In this document: piece after piece, positions 21,628 through 35,331 of the stretch
Layout of the letters: every line of letters starts with the position of its first letter
How positions within the stretch are numbered: position 1 is the first letter of the stretch
NCBI GenBank assembly: GCA_964016885.1
Contig: OZ024740.1
Location: 182,714,001-182,778,000, forward strand
Length of the DNA: 64,000 nt
Source: Eledone cirrhosa
Lineage: Eukaryota
Direction: 5' to 3'
The notes under the pieces: generated by a model
Database searches by the model: none
What the model saw: the letters and a program-made list of their open reading frames with translations, nothing else
What the model was told of the DNA's origin: nothing
Program-made: the position numbers and the translations under genes

Positions 21628-24520
21628 ACCCCAATCAGGGTTGCCAGACGAACTTAAGGATAGGTTTTATGAGTCCCTAATGCACACTACTGCTCTAACA
21701 AACGACAATGACTTTCTAATCATTGCAGGAGATTTTAACGGACGCATAGGTAAACACTGTGGTGGCTTCAATAGAGTCCATGGAGGCCATGGGGTTGGCA
21801 CAAGAAGAATTCAGGCTTCTAGAATTCTGCGACGCCAATGACATGGCAATATGTAACACAAACTTAAAAAAACCCGACAACCACCTGATCACCTATAAAT
21901 AAGGGGAGCATTCTAGTCAGATAGATTTTATCCTCCTCAGAGGACGTGACAGATGGACGGTCGTAAAAACAAAAGCATTCCCTGTTGAGGAATGTACCTC
22001 CCAACATAGCTTAGTTGTCAGCAACCTCACGGTCAGAACTAGACGAACCTGGAAACAGAGGCCAACCTGGAGAAGAAAGATCTGGAAGCTTAAATACCTC
22101 TCAGCCAGTAACAGATTTAAAGATATTTTACTCAACGCCTACGACAGTAAAGGAGAACAGATACAGACATTCAATGTAGAAGAGCACTGGGAGTTCCTAA
22201 AAAATAATTTACTAGAGGTGATGGGTGAGATCTGTGGCTGGAGTAAGACCACAGGCAGGAGGTGAGTGACTTGGTGGTGGAACAATAAGGAAGATGAGGC
22301 AGTTAAGGCCAAGAGACAAGCATGGAAAGAATGGAAGAATGGGGGAAGCAGGGTACATTACATAGAGACCAGGAGGGAAGCTAGGTGACAAGTATACTTA
22401 GCTAGGAGGGAAGCAGAGGATAGAAAATTCAAGCATGTTTTGCAACGTGAGGACCAGAAACAGGAGGTATTCAAGATTGCGAGGCAGTGTGTCAGAGAGA
22501 ATTGTGATGTCATTGGAGAGAAGTGTATCCGGAATGATAAAGGTGAGCTTGCCCTCAGAAGTGTTGAGAAGAAAGATGCGTGGAAGAGCCATTATGATAG
22601 ATTACTAAATGAGGAGAATGCATGGGAAGAAGAGACTCTACCCCATGTAGACCCTATAGAGGGGGCAGCAGTACAAGTCAGCAGCAGCATAGTAAGTAAG
22701 GCAATCAAAGATATGAAGATGGGGAAGTCAACCGGTCCATCAGGTATAGCTGCTGAGATGCTGAAGGCATCTGGATCTGTAGGTCACACTATAACCACAC
22801 GTATTGTTAACCAGGTAATACTAGAAGGTGTCATACCAAAGGATTGGTGCAGTAGCATCATTGTCAACTGCTACAAAGATAAAGGTGATGCACTACATAG
22901 AGGAAACTATAGAGGTATAAAGCTGATGGACAAGGTCATGAAAGTAACAGAAAGAGTTTTAGAACAATTGATTAGGGACCTGGTGAAACTAGATGAGATG
23001 CAATTTGGGTTTGTACCAGGAAGAGGCACCATTGATGCCCTCTTCCTTGTGAGGCAGTTACAGGAAAAGTACCTAGCTAAAAGTAAGCCACTCTATCTGG
23101 CATTCGTCGCTCTCGAGAAAGCCTTTGACAGAGTTCCACATGCTATAATCTGGTGGGCTCTTAGAAAACTAGGAGTAGCTGAATGGCTTGTGAAAGCTGT
23201 ACAAGCCATGTATAGGGGAGTAGTCAGCAAAGATAGGATTAGCAATGACTATAACGAGGAATTTAGCATACAGGTTGGTGTCCACCAGGACTCTGTTCTT
23301 AGCCCCCTCCTGTTAATCATAGTTCTGCAGGCAATAATGAAGGAGTTTAAGACCGGATGCCCATGGGAACTCCTGTATGCAGATGACCTCATACTTACAG
23401 CTGAAGCTATGGTAGCACTAGAGAAGAAATTCGAAACTTGGAAGCAGGGACTAGAAAGAAAGGGTGTCAAAGTCAACCTGACAAAGACTAAGGTCCTTGT
23501 AAGTAGACGAGAGAACAGAACCTAGATCCCCTCAGGGAAATGGCCTTGCTCAGTATGTAGGAAAGGTGTAGGTAGGAACTCCATTCTCTGTCCCAAATGC
23601 AAACAATGGGTACACAAGAGATGTAGCAGGATCTCAGGAAGCTTAATTAAGAATGTAGGCTTCACATGTAGCAGCTGTGCTGGGACATCAAGCAGCAAAC
23701 AGCCACAGGAAACAAGAACCACCAATCTCTGGGAGGGCTCTGTAGAAACAGTAGACAGCTACTGCTACCTAAGTGACCGAATTAGCAACGGAGGTGGGTG
23801 TTCAGAAAGTACAATAACTAGGGTAAGAACGGGATGGAAAAAGTTCATGGAGCTACTGCTACTGCTAGCTGTAAAAGGCTTTTCCCTCAAAATGAAAGGC
23901 AGACTGTATGATGCGTGTATACGAACAGCAATGTTACATGGTAGTAAGACCTGGGCGCTGAAGGTGGAAGACTTACGTAGATTAGAAAGAAACGAAGCCT
24001 GCGTGCTCCAATGGATATGTAATAGTAATATACGCGAACGGCAAAGCATAAATGAATTGAGAGAGAGACTGAGCATAAGAGGAATCAAATGCTGTGTGCA
24101 GGAGAGGCGGTTGCGTTGGTATGGACATGTGATGTGTATGAAGGATGACAGCTGCATAAAAAGGTGCAGAGCACTAGAAGTCAATGGAAACCACGGAGTA
24201 GGGAAACCCAAGGAGACGTGGGATGAGGTGATAAAAGCCGACCTTACCCAATTACACGACCGTGACCTCTAGCGTCACGCATTAATACAGAGTACCCAAC
24301 CTCCCATGGCTACAAGCCGAAGCTGAAGCATATAGACAATATGCTCCCATCCCCTCCCACTGCAAAGTGGTCGTGGAGGTGCCACGGCAAAAAAGCACCC
24401 AGCCCACACTGTAAAGTCGACGTGTAGGCACCACAGAAAAAAAGCACCCAGCACTCACTGTAAATGAGGTTGGTATTAGGAAGGGCATCCAGCTGTAGAA
24501 ATCAAGCCAGAATCAGTTCC
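21628..24520 (+). mobile_element. RTE LINE, 5'-truncated (AP endonuclease part, RT, PHD-type finger, 3' UTR)
   Basis: IAGDFNG (APE). The 361-aa ORF has NYRGIKL, QFGFVPGRGT, LEKAFDRVP, GVHQDSVLSPLL and LLYADD, followed by WPCSVC..CPKC..WVHKRC and RRLRWYGHV. Confidence 0.95.
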
Positions 24521-24524
24521 TGTA

Positions 24525-24632
24525 TGATCAAGACAAGGTCAGCCGACCAGACACTGCCCACAACAAGACAACCCGTCTAACCCATGCTAGTATGGAAGAA
24601 CGGACGTAAAACGGTGATGATGATGATGATGA
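24525..24632 (+). mobile_element. Short RTE 3' end
   Basis: ACCCGTCTAACCCATGCTAGTATGGAAGAACGGACGTAAAACGG(TGA)n. Confidence 0.75.
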
Positions 24633-25169
24633 TTACTGATCACATGACGACAGTTTCAAATCGGTGTGTAGTGCCCTAATATGTTACTCATAATGGTCCA
24701 ATGAATATTTAGGAACAATTATAAATATTCCAGAGTAGCAACAAGTCTTTAAAAATATTGGAAGAAAAATCTGATACACCATATTAAATGTGTGTGTATC
24801 CAGTTTAGATTAGGTATATGTCATAAAAGGTGACTAAAACAGCTATCCCCTTGAAAGGCATTCAGCCATAAAACATTGCATCAAAAGGTAACCATGTTAA
24901 GTATGAGACACTGTCTTTAGTATGGAAAATGGCCTTAAACTACTTGTGTATTGCCTCATAAACGACTCCAGCGATAATATATAGATTCTATGATCTTATG
25001 ATGGTTTATTAAGTGAATCTAACACATGACAGAAGAACTAAATGATTGGACAAATGGTGTTAGATTCAATATCAAATAAAAAAAAAATGGAAAAAACGTA
25101 CCAACAGACTTGTGAACAAAGTCATAAAGTGTTTTACATAATGATAAATCATTTTGGGTTTAATATCTA

Positions 25170-28100
25170 TAACCGACAGTGACTACATAATTATTGCTGG
25201 CTACCTAAATGGTCATGTTGGACAACCATTGTGACGTCTATGACGGAATCCATGGAGGCTATGAGTTTGGTACAAGAAATGAGGAAGGCTTCAGAATTCT
25301 GGAATTCTGTGATGCAAATAACCTAACTATCTGCAACACAAACTTCAAAAAGGAGACAATCACTTTATCCCCTATAGATCAGGGGAACACGCCACTCAGA
25401 TAGATTATATCCTTACCAGAAGACGTGACAAAGTGTCAGTTGTAAACAGTAAATCCCACCCCCGCGAAGAATGCACCTCCCAACATAGCCTCATAGTTAG
25501 TGACCTCATAGTCAGGACGAGATGGACTCGACAACAGAGGAGGACCACCCTGAAAAGAAGAATATGGAAGTTAAAGGACCCCCACAGCCAGTAACAAATT
25601 TAAAAGCATACTACTTGATGCTTTTGACAGTAAGGAAGAGCAATTAGAGACGTACAGTATAGAGGAACAGTGGGTATTTCTGAAAGTTAATCTGCTGAAG
25701 GTGACAGATGAAATCTGTGGCTGGGGGACAGGAGGACAGTAACTTGGTGTTTGAACAGTAAGGTGGAGGAGTCAATCAAGGCCAAAAAGCAAACTTGGAA
25801 AGTATGGCAGGACGGGGGGAAGTAGATAACACTATCAAGTAGCCAGGAGGGAAGCTAGGAGACAAGTGTACCTTGCAAGAAGGGAAGCAGAGGAAAGAAA
25901 GTTGAAGCATGTTCTACAAGGCGAGGATCAAAATCGTGAGGTGTTCAGGATTGCTAGATAATGTGTCAAGGAAAACCATGATATTGTCGGGGAGAAGTGT
26001 GTCCATAATGATGATGGTATACTTGCCATCACTGATACTGATAAGAGGTAGCTTGGAAGTGTCACTACGAGAGGCTACTGAATGAGGAGAATAAGTGGGA
26101 AAAAGATAGTCTGCCCCAAATCGTTCCAATAGAGGGACCAATAGAGGCAAGTTGAAGGTAGTATAATAAGTAAGACAATCAAAGATATGAAGACAGGCAA
26201 GGCAGCTGGGCCTTCAGAGATAGTTGCTGAAATGCTGAAAGCATCTGGATCGGTGGGACACACTATGGTCTCTCGGATAGTAAACCAAGTCATACAGAAT
26301 GGGGTCTTACCAAATGACTGGCGTAGCAGCATCATCATTAACTGCTACAAGGGTAAAGAAGATGCACTAGATGGGGAAAACTATAGAGGCATTAAATTAA
26401 TTGACCAGGTCATGAAGGTCACAGAAAAAGTAATAGCACAACTAATCAGAAAGCGAATTGATCTAGATGAAATGCAGTTTGGGTTCGTGTGAAGTACCAC
26501 AGATGCTCTTTTCCTTGTACGACAACTACAGGAGAAGTACCTAGCTAAGAGTAAACCCGTATACTTAGCTTTTGTTGACTTGGAGAAAGCCTTTGACAGA
26601 ATCCCCCGCTCCATCATCTGGTGGGCTCTTAGAAAACTAGGTGTTGATGAATGGCTCGTGAGAGCTATACAAGCCATGTATAAAGAAACAGTCAGCAAGG
26701 TTATAATTAACAACGAATATATAGTGAAGAATTTAGCGAACAAGTCGGTTTTCATCAGGGCTCTGTCCTTATCCCCCTCCTATTTATGATTGCCCCTCAG
26801 GCTATAACAGAGGAGTTCAAGATTGGCTGCCCATGGGAACTTCTATACACAGATGATCTAATGCCCATAGCTGAATCAATGGCTGAACTAGAGAAGAAAT
26901 CCCAAACTTGGAAGCATGGCCTAGAATCAAAAGGCCTTAAAATTAACTTGTCTAAGACTAAAGTTCTAGTATGTAGGAAGGAAAATACTGAACTGGTCCC
27001 CTCTAGGAAATGGCCATGCTCAGTGTGTAGGAACGGAGTAGGCAGAAACTCCATTTTATGTTCCAAATGCAAAGTTTGGGTGCATAAAAGATGTAGTGGG
27101 ATCACAGGTAAGCTAACTAAGAACATAGATTTTATATGTGGCCGGTGCTCAGGTGCAATAAGTAGTAGCAAGTGCCCACAGGATACTAGCTCCTTCCATT
27201 GCCCAGATGGTTCTATAGAAATAGTGGATACCTTCCCTTACCTGGGTGACAAAATCAGCAGTGGTGGAGGGTGCTCTCAAAGTACAGTAGATAGAGTCAG
27301 AACGAGATGGAAAAAGTTCAGAGAGCTTATACCACTATTGGCTGCTAAAGGTTTCTCCCTAAAAATGAAAGGCAGACTGTATGATGCCTGCATACGAACA
27401 GCAATGTTACACGGCAGTGAGACATGACCATTGTGTGCAGAGGATCTGTTTAGACAGGAGAGGAATGAAGCTTATGTGCTCCGTTGGATGTGTAATATAC
27501 GTGAACAGCAAAGCATAAATGAACTAAGTGAGAAATTAGGAATAAGAGGGATCAGATGCTGTTTACTCGAGAGAAGACTATGTTGGTATAGTCAGGTGAT
27601 GTGCATGAAAGATGACAGCTGTATAAAAAAGTGCAGTGCGATCAAAATAGATGGAAGCTTCGGAGTAGGCAGACCCAGAAAAATCTGGGACGATTTGATA
27701 AATTCCGGCCTTACACACTTTCACCTCTCCAAGACAATGTCACTGGACCGAGATCTTTGGTGCTACGCAGTAATACAGAAGACACGCCTTACCTAAGTAC
27801 AAAGCGAAACCTACAGTCAGTAGGCACCTCCTAACAAAAAATACACCCCCATCCCACTACCCCTACCCCCACCCCATCTACACCACCCCTTTCTCTGTAA
27901 AGTTATGTTGGTGCCACAACATCCAGTCCTAAATAAATGAGGTTGTGTAGGTGTCATGACAAAAAAACACAGTCCACGCTGTAATTTAGCTGTGTAGGTA
28001 ACACGGTAAAAACCTCCCAGTCCACACTGTAAACGTGGTTGGTGTTAGGAAGGGCATCCAGCCATAAAAAAACCTGCCAGACAGTCCTATACGAGCAAGA

Positions 28101-28178
28101 ATCTTGCCTCACGTGGGACAATTCCCATCTAAACCCATGCTAGCATGGAAGATAGACGTTAAATGATGATGATGATGA
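25170..28178 (+). mobile_element. RTE LINE, 5'-truncated and decayed
   Basis: GYEFGTRNEEG..ILEFC (APE), KAAGPS, MEKAFDRIP, LLYTDD, PHD-type CxxC motifs, IQKTRLT*, extended 3' UTR and (GAT)n tail. Confidence 0.95.
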
Positions 28179-29684
28179 TCTATGGAAAACAAGAATCACA
28201 TAAACTCAACAGGGTATATCATTTTTAATCGAGTGTAATTTACAACAATGCACAACAAATATTTATATTCATATATATATTTTGGGACTGCAACTGAAGT
28301 CTCTACCTAGAAAAAATCCCAGGAAGAAAATTTGTGTCATATAAAATGATTTCTGTATTTTCATAAATAAAATATAAATATACTAGCTAAAACAATACTC
28401 TTGTGACAACATATTTTTTCAATGCATTCCAAACTATTTAGGCTGATTAATTTAGTGAATCCATTATGACGACAAAAATAAGCAATAATTCTAATGTATT
28501 ACACTGAATGCAAATGTAGTATTTTAGTTACTTTCTAATTTTATCAAAATTAAATTTGATTTTAAAACCTGAATTGTTAAAAAACATATCAGCAAACCAT
28601 AGGGTAGAGTGATTGAATTTTTTTTTTCAGCATCAAATTTGTGACCTTAAGGCATAGTTATAGAAATGCTGATACATATTAATGTTATTACTTTTATCTA
28701 GGATTTATTCAAAATAGCAAACTCAATAATGCTATGGAACAAAATAGCACAATAAATGAAATTCAAATTCTTATTATTTCACCATTCCGTGGGAGTGAAC
28801 CTGCCCAATTGGAAAGCTTCTAGACATGTCAGAGTTCTAAGTTTAAACAATAGCACAACATTATTTAAATAAGAATAACATTTTAAACATTATTTAGATA
28901 AGAATAATATTTTTAATGTTATTTAAATAAAAATAATATTTATCTTTAGTAATTGACCACTTAAAATATTTCTTTATAAGGAAACTCTCAATGCTGCCTG
29001 TTTTTCTCTCTATAAATGCATATTCTTCTAGTAGTCTAGCAAACTTACATTCAAATATTATAGAAACATATTAGGGACGATTACAGCTGATAAATGGCAA
29101 CATTTTAGGAATTTTGATTATTTCTAACTGCTAACAACCAGAAAATGGAACAGGTAATGCTATGACAAAATAAGATGCTTTTTTATTTGTGTATGTGTTG
29201 AGTTTTAACACACCACTCACTGTAATGCGACCACCTAGACAAAAGGTTCTCAACGGGGGTCGGAGCTCCAGGGAGCGTTTTGGAGCAAGAGGGCGTTAGG
29301 GGGCGTCTGAAGCTGGGGGGGGGGGAGGGGGCTGGAAGCCCCTTTAGTTTGGTACGTTTTATAAGTCATATTTGTACGTCTCTTAGACAGCCAGTGTGAA
29401 TGCATTTGAATGAAGAAAATGAAGAAAATAAATAAAAGAAGCTTCTCAATGAATTCTCTATGGAGACAAAGAAAAACAAAAGAAATCAAAGAAAATGAAC
29501 ATAAGGACGTCAACTTTGACAACAGTTACAAGAACAACTTCAACAGAAATAACAATAAAAAGAAGCAATGGTGATGAAAGGTGTGGGTGTATACATATAC
29601 ATACATACGAACGTACACACACATGCATACGTACATGGCGGCTGCCAACTCGTTTTTCGAGTACGGCCACTATTTTTATATCCA

Positions 29685-29900
29685 TGTAGGAGAACTCCTA
29701 CCGATGTGCTGAACGAGTGTGACTCTTTAGTCCAGCCAGCGACTTGAAAACTCTGGTACAAACACTACACTTGTGACAATTATTGACACAGTGCTGGGCC
29801 CATGGTACCATGTGACGACAAGTGCAGAGAGAGCTCCAGATATAAAGCAATGCCTGTGCCGTGAAGCTTTTATAGTGAGCAAAGGCACTGCACAAAGCCA
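29685..29900 (-). mobile_element. 3' end of an RTE-type LINE with a C2H2 zinc finger
   Basis: HKCSVCTRVFKSLAGLKSHTRSAHR* at the end of the ORF. Confidence 0.6.
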
Positions 29901-30536
29901 GTCCCACTCTCATACATACATACATACATACATACACACACACATATATACACACACAGGTCTGCCTTAGGGCTTGATGAGGTTGAGTACCTGGTCAGCT
30001 TTCAGCCAGAGCTGTGGTATTTAATCTCCCTAGGTAATAAAATCTGGAGACATGAATTTTCTCCATACCAAAATAAAACACATAAATAATCATGTCAACA
30101 TCCTTACACACTTAAATATAAATGCATATATATATATACAAATGTATAAATGCATAGCTATATACATATGTAAATGTATGTATGTATATATGTATGTATG
30201 TAGATTTATATATATATATATATATATATTTCGTTTCTGAATTTGTTTAGCAAGATTCTTTATCTGAAAACGTGTGTTGAAACCGATATTGTTATGCAAA
30301 ATTAAATAGAAAACATGAATGGAACAGCAACATCACAACTTACAATTAAGGACAAAACGAAAACACACACACACATAGAAAAAACAACCAACCAGTAACA
30401 TGTAAATAAACAAATATAAACACACACAGACACCCGGATGTAACACATGCGCAAACTAAGCACACAACACACACAAAAACAAGATGGCGTAGAACAGAAC
30501 AAAGGAGAGACACAAAAACAAAGAAAATAATCTCTA

Positions 30537-30579
30537 GTCACTGAAGAGGTCACAGAATGTGTGACGAAAGAACTTTGAC
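30537..30579 (+). ncRNA. Minimal type I hammerhead ribozyme
   Basis: GTCA-CTGAAGA-g-GTCACA gaatg TGTGAC-GAAA-gaac-TT-TGAC. Perfect 4-bp stem I and 6-bp stem II. Lies in a segment of about 430 bp between TA-rich tracts. Confidence 0.8.
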
Positions 30580-30738
30580 AATATATGAACAATCGTCTGG
30601 TTGTGGAACCAACCAACCAACCGGAAATTTATAAATTCCTATATTTATAAATTTAATTTATAATAAATTGAAGTGAAAGCAACTGGTGTGTAGTTATGCA
30701 TTTAAGTGTAAGGATATGTATATATATGTGTGTGCGTG

Positions 30739-30861
<123 letters not shown>

Positions 30862-30937
30862 TCTTTTTTCAGTCTGGTCTACCATGTTTGAGTCCCCTGT
30901 TGGAGATAGATAGATAGATAGATAGATAGACGTGTAC

Positions 30938-30994
<57 letters not shown>

Positions 30995-32137
30995 TTCTTA
31001 TTCTCTCTGTCCCTCCCTCTTTATCTCTTCATTGATATATATATATATATATATGGCGTTGTTGAAAAGAGCAGTGGCCTTTGACCTGGCAATAAAAACT
31101 GGAGACAATATTCTTTCTGTACCAAAACCAAGGCACACACACACAAGTTTGTGTGTGTGTATGTATGAGTGTGTGTGTGTGTGTGTGTGCGTGCGTGCAT
31201 GCGCGTTTATGTGTGTGTGTGTATCTATCTATGTATATATAAGGCATACAGATATGGCCTTCTCACTGTCACCAAGCTTCTCAGTTCATTCGTTGCTACT
31301 AAGTATTTTATTTTGCTATGAGGTATTTTATTTTGCAAGGTACTATTTTCCCCCTGGGTTTGTGATTTCAGAGAAAGGTAAGAAATTCTTCATATTTTGC
31401 ATTTTTTGTATTTTGACTTTACAGTTTGAATTGTAGAATTGTCTATCCGCTCAAAATATTACAACAGCTAACAGTGAAATATAGAATTAAAAAAAAAAGA
31501 AGCTTTTTCGACTGAGATCAAATCTTTTTCTTTTTCAAAAATATATATTTTGAAATAGCTTGCTTTTGTTTTGGACTGAAACTTTTTTGTATTTAACTCG
31601 TAGAAGTATTTTTTAAAGATTCTAACATAACTTGATTTGGCCCAGTAATCTACTGATATCAATATCAGTAGTATATTGAAAAGTGGAAAAATAGGGGACG
31701 GGGGCGTTTTGTGATTTTGTGGGGCAAAAGGGGGCGTTTGGCCAAAATGGGTAGTAATTAACTACAGTTTTAAAGATTTTTCACTGTCCATCAAATGAAA
31801 TGATACGAGCAACAGATTGAAAATGTAGAACTAAATCCCTAAACTCAAATATTGCCCTTAAGAAAAGTAATTGTATCTCCTTCATTGACTGTTAATTGCT
31901 CTCAAGTAATTAATTTAATTCTATAAATTTGCAATAGTATGCTAATATATGAAATTTTTATTTCAAATGAATTCATTCCTCTATTTTCAGCCATTTCTAT
32001 TCATAGCTTCTGTTTTCATGACTCACTCATCTTATAAGAGATTTTAATTAGAAGGGGTATTCTAAATGTCTATGACAAGCATCCCATTCATTTTTCTGGA
32101 AGAGCTCTTACACTTACTACCAAACATTCTCACTTAC

Positions 32138-32332
32138 TCATCATTGGTTTTTAATGTGAAAAAAAAAATATTTGTCATAGGTCTCAAGTGGGACCTCGAA
32201 ACAGTATGACTAATAAAAACAGAGGCAGTGGATGAAATTGTCAAGAAGTAAGAGGGAATTAATTTTGATTCATAATAAAGATCAATAACATGGAAAGGGT
32301 GGCCTTGTATGAATGAGCAACTGCTGTGCTCC
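32138..32332 (-). CDS. Candidate host-gene exon
   Basis: gtttttctag|G GAG CAC...AAT GAT GA|gtaagt, 195 nt open, phase 2 to 2, with strong splice sites. Confidence 0.4.
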
Positions 32333-33216
32333 CTAGAAAACAATCTTATATCACCTTATTGCACTTTACCAACACAGATTAAAGCAAGACTTTTCCAGTG
32401 CTGATTGATATTTTCTCAAAACATGCAGATGCCAGAGAAAGATTTTATATATTAAGTGTAATATCCTAAATTTATTAAACAAAATTAACCTCACAAGTGT
32501 ATCATTTGTTAATAGAAGATAGAGCAATTAACATTAAATAGAACTCTGATTACGTTTCTATGGATTTATGTTTACATTCAACTTTTCATGTGTTAGGGAA
32601 AAGCACTAGATTTTGTGTGTTGTATAATAACTGCTAGAAATAGAAGCCAAATTTTACCTGAAATCACACTGTGCCCTCTTAAAAAAGAAGAGGGCCATGC
32701 ACGATAATGTATTGCTAGACCTCTAATAGGTACAATGGTCACTACAGGAATGCCATTTGATCAAAGTCTACTTGATCAAGGTTGACACATGTTTTAGCAA
32801 CAAGATTTTTATTTGTGAACTTTACATACTGTTTCTTTTTTAACAAGAATCAGCCCTAGTTTTCTGGGTCTTAATTTTATTAATATATTTTGCTGATGAC
32901 ACAAAAGAAAACTGGCCAATATTATAATGAATAGATATTATAATGAATAGTTACGTCCCTTTACGATCTGAGTTCAAATCCCGCCGAGGTTGACTTTGCC
33001 TTTCATCCTTACGGGGTCAATAAAATAAAGTACCTGTAATGCACTGGTAATTGCTGGCCTTGTGCCTAAAGTAAAAACAATTATAATGAATAAATATCTG
33101 GTATTGTTTCAACTGCCTGGAGCAGTTCAGGTTTGGTGGAACCTTATATAACAACACACATACATAGACAGACATAAATATATATATATGTACATAAGCA
33201 GAAAGAAAGAGGAGAG

Positions 33217-33315
<99 letters not shown>

Positions 33316-35260
33316 TTAAAAGGTAGGAGGAGCTTTGTTTGAAATGAGTGCTTTGGAAAGGGATGGCAGTTTGATGAGGGGAGGGGCCAGAGCATTTTCC
33401 CCCATTACCTCCCTGTAAATCCCACCATCGTTTCAGCATAAGCATTGTAGTATGTGACTTCAATTTTGTTTGTGAAATAGCATTACACTGTACAAACGAG
33501 CAACATGGAAAACATTATTTTACCTTATGATAGATATTGCAAGATTTTTCTCATGAAACTTAATGTTCAATATTCTAAAGTAAAAATATAAATAAATCAT
33601 GTTAAGTTTCACTATAGTGAATTGTGGATAATATCTAGACATATTTTTTTTTAATGTAATATTTCATTTCATCTGAATTTTTCTGGCAAAGAGGAAAGAA
33701 AGACCGGGAGAGGCTGATTTAAAAGAAAATGTGGATGAAGTAAAGAGAAACTAGAAAAAGAAAGGAAACAGAGGAGGCAAATTTGTTTGAAATTAAGACA
33801 GAGAGTGAGGGAGAGTTTATATAATGTTCAGAAAATAGAATAATTGTGTGAAATGAAAATGGAATTCTAGCATCAAAAGTAAGGTTGCTTGCTTGAGAAT
33901 ATATATCTGTATATGGAATTATAGAGAAAAATAACAAAGAAAAGAATAAAGTGAATGAGAGAAAAAGTAAAGTGTGATAGAAAACAAAAATAAGATATAT
34001 GTGCAAGAGAGAGGGGAAGAAATAAGGAGTCAGAGGGAAAAAGAAAATAAAGAGACCATAAGATCAGGCATTTAGATTGTGAAAGATTTTTTGATTACCT
34101 GGAAATGAACAAAGGAACATACATTTTTCATTATGCAAAGCTTTTATGTAATATTTAGTGGCATTTTTTAAATACAGGATATCTCCTAATAATATAGTTT
34201 TAAAAACATTATTTCTGCAACAGTGTTGCTGTTCAAAGATCAAACCAATGCCTACACAGGCATTAATCTCAGTGCATTCCCTTTATTTCTCTATGACTGT
34301 CATTCCTTCTTTGTAACCATATTGATACCTAGACACCTGAAACTGCTCCTGGTGCTAGCATAATTAGCAGTTTTATTTAAAGTATCTATATTCATCTAAA
34401 CATCTTCCATCATAATTTTATGTAAAGATATTTGTCAAATTATGTTCCAAACACCAACTTAAAGAGAAAGTTAGTTATATTACTAAATTCATAAAAATTA
34501 TTGATTATTGTTAAAATAATTTAAAAATCATTTCATGTGTTTTGTTTATTCGAAATTTAACAGAAGCGTTAATGCCTGACAAATGTTTGTATATACACCA
34601 GTGAAAAAGGTCAATAAAGTCTCAAAAAGGATTTTCTCTCTGATGTATATAATCCAGTGCTATTCAGTTTATTATAGGCATTAGTAACCAGTGTAGTTGC
34701 TAGAACAAGGCATTGCTGAACTATTTGGATCAAACATTACCAAATAGAAATCTACAACATTTAATAACAATTGAAAAGCAAAAATTTACATTATGTGTTG
34801 ATTCTTAAGGGCCACTAAAAATGAGTGTATTTTTATGTGTGTGGGTGTTGTAAATAGAGAAATAAAGAGGGTGTGGAAGAGTTAGTGTGTGTGAGAGAGG
34901 GAGTGTGTATGTGAGTGTTGGAAATAGAGAAATAACGATGGTGTGGAAGTGTTAGTATGTGTGTATGTGTGTGTGAGAAGAAGTATGTATGTGAGTGTTG
35001 GAAATAGAGAAATAAAGATTGTGTGTACGAGCTGAAAAGAGTCTAGAGAGAGAGGGGGGATACCACACACAATATATGAATGGTGTAATCCTAAATGTAC
35101 TGTATGAATCTCCACATTGCTGGGTTAACAAAAAATCAGCAAACGATTCACAGAGAAATGGTTGTTGAGTGTTTTATTAGAATTCTCATTGGCTGTAAGT
35201 ATATGGTAGCACATGTTGGTTGATAATGGATGATATGGATTAAACATTATGGTATTTTAC

Positions 35261-35331
35261 TCGATCATTTTCAATAGAGAATATGAAACAAAAGTACTGA
35301 ATCTGAACTGATATCTACCTGCCCAAACTAC
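35261..35331 (-). CDS. Candidate host-gene exon
   Basis: ccatag|GTA GTT TGG GCA GGT AGA TAT...ATC GA|gtaaaa, encoding VVWAGRYQFRFSTFVSYSLLKMI. Phase 0 to 2, compatible with 32138-32332. Weak donor. Confidence 0.25.
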
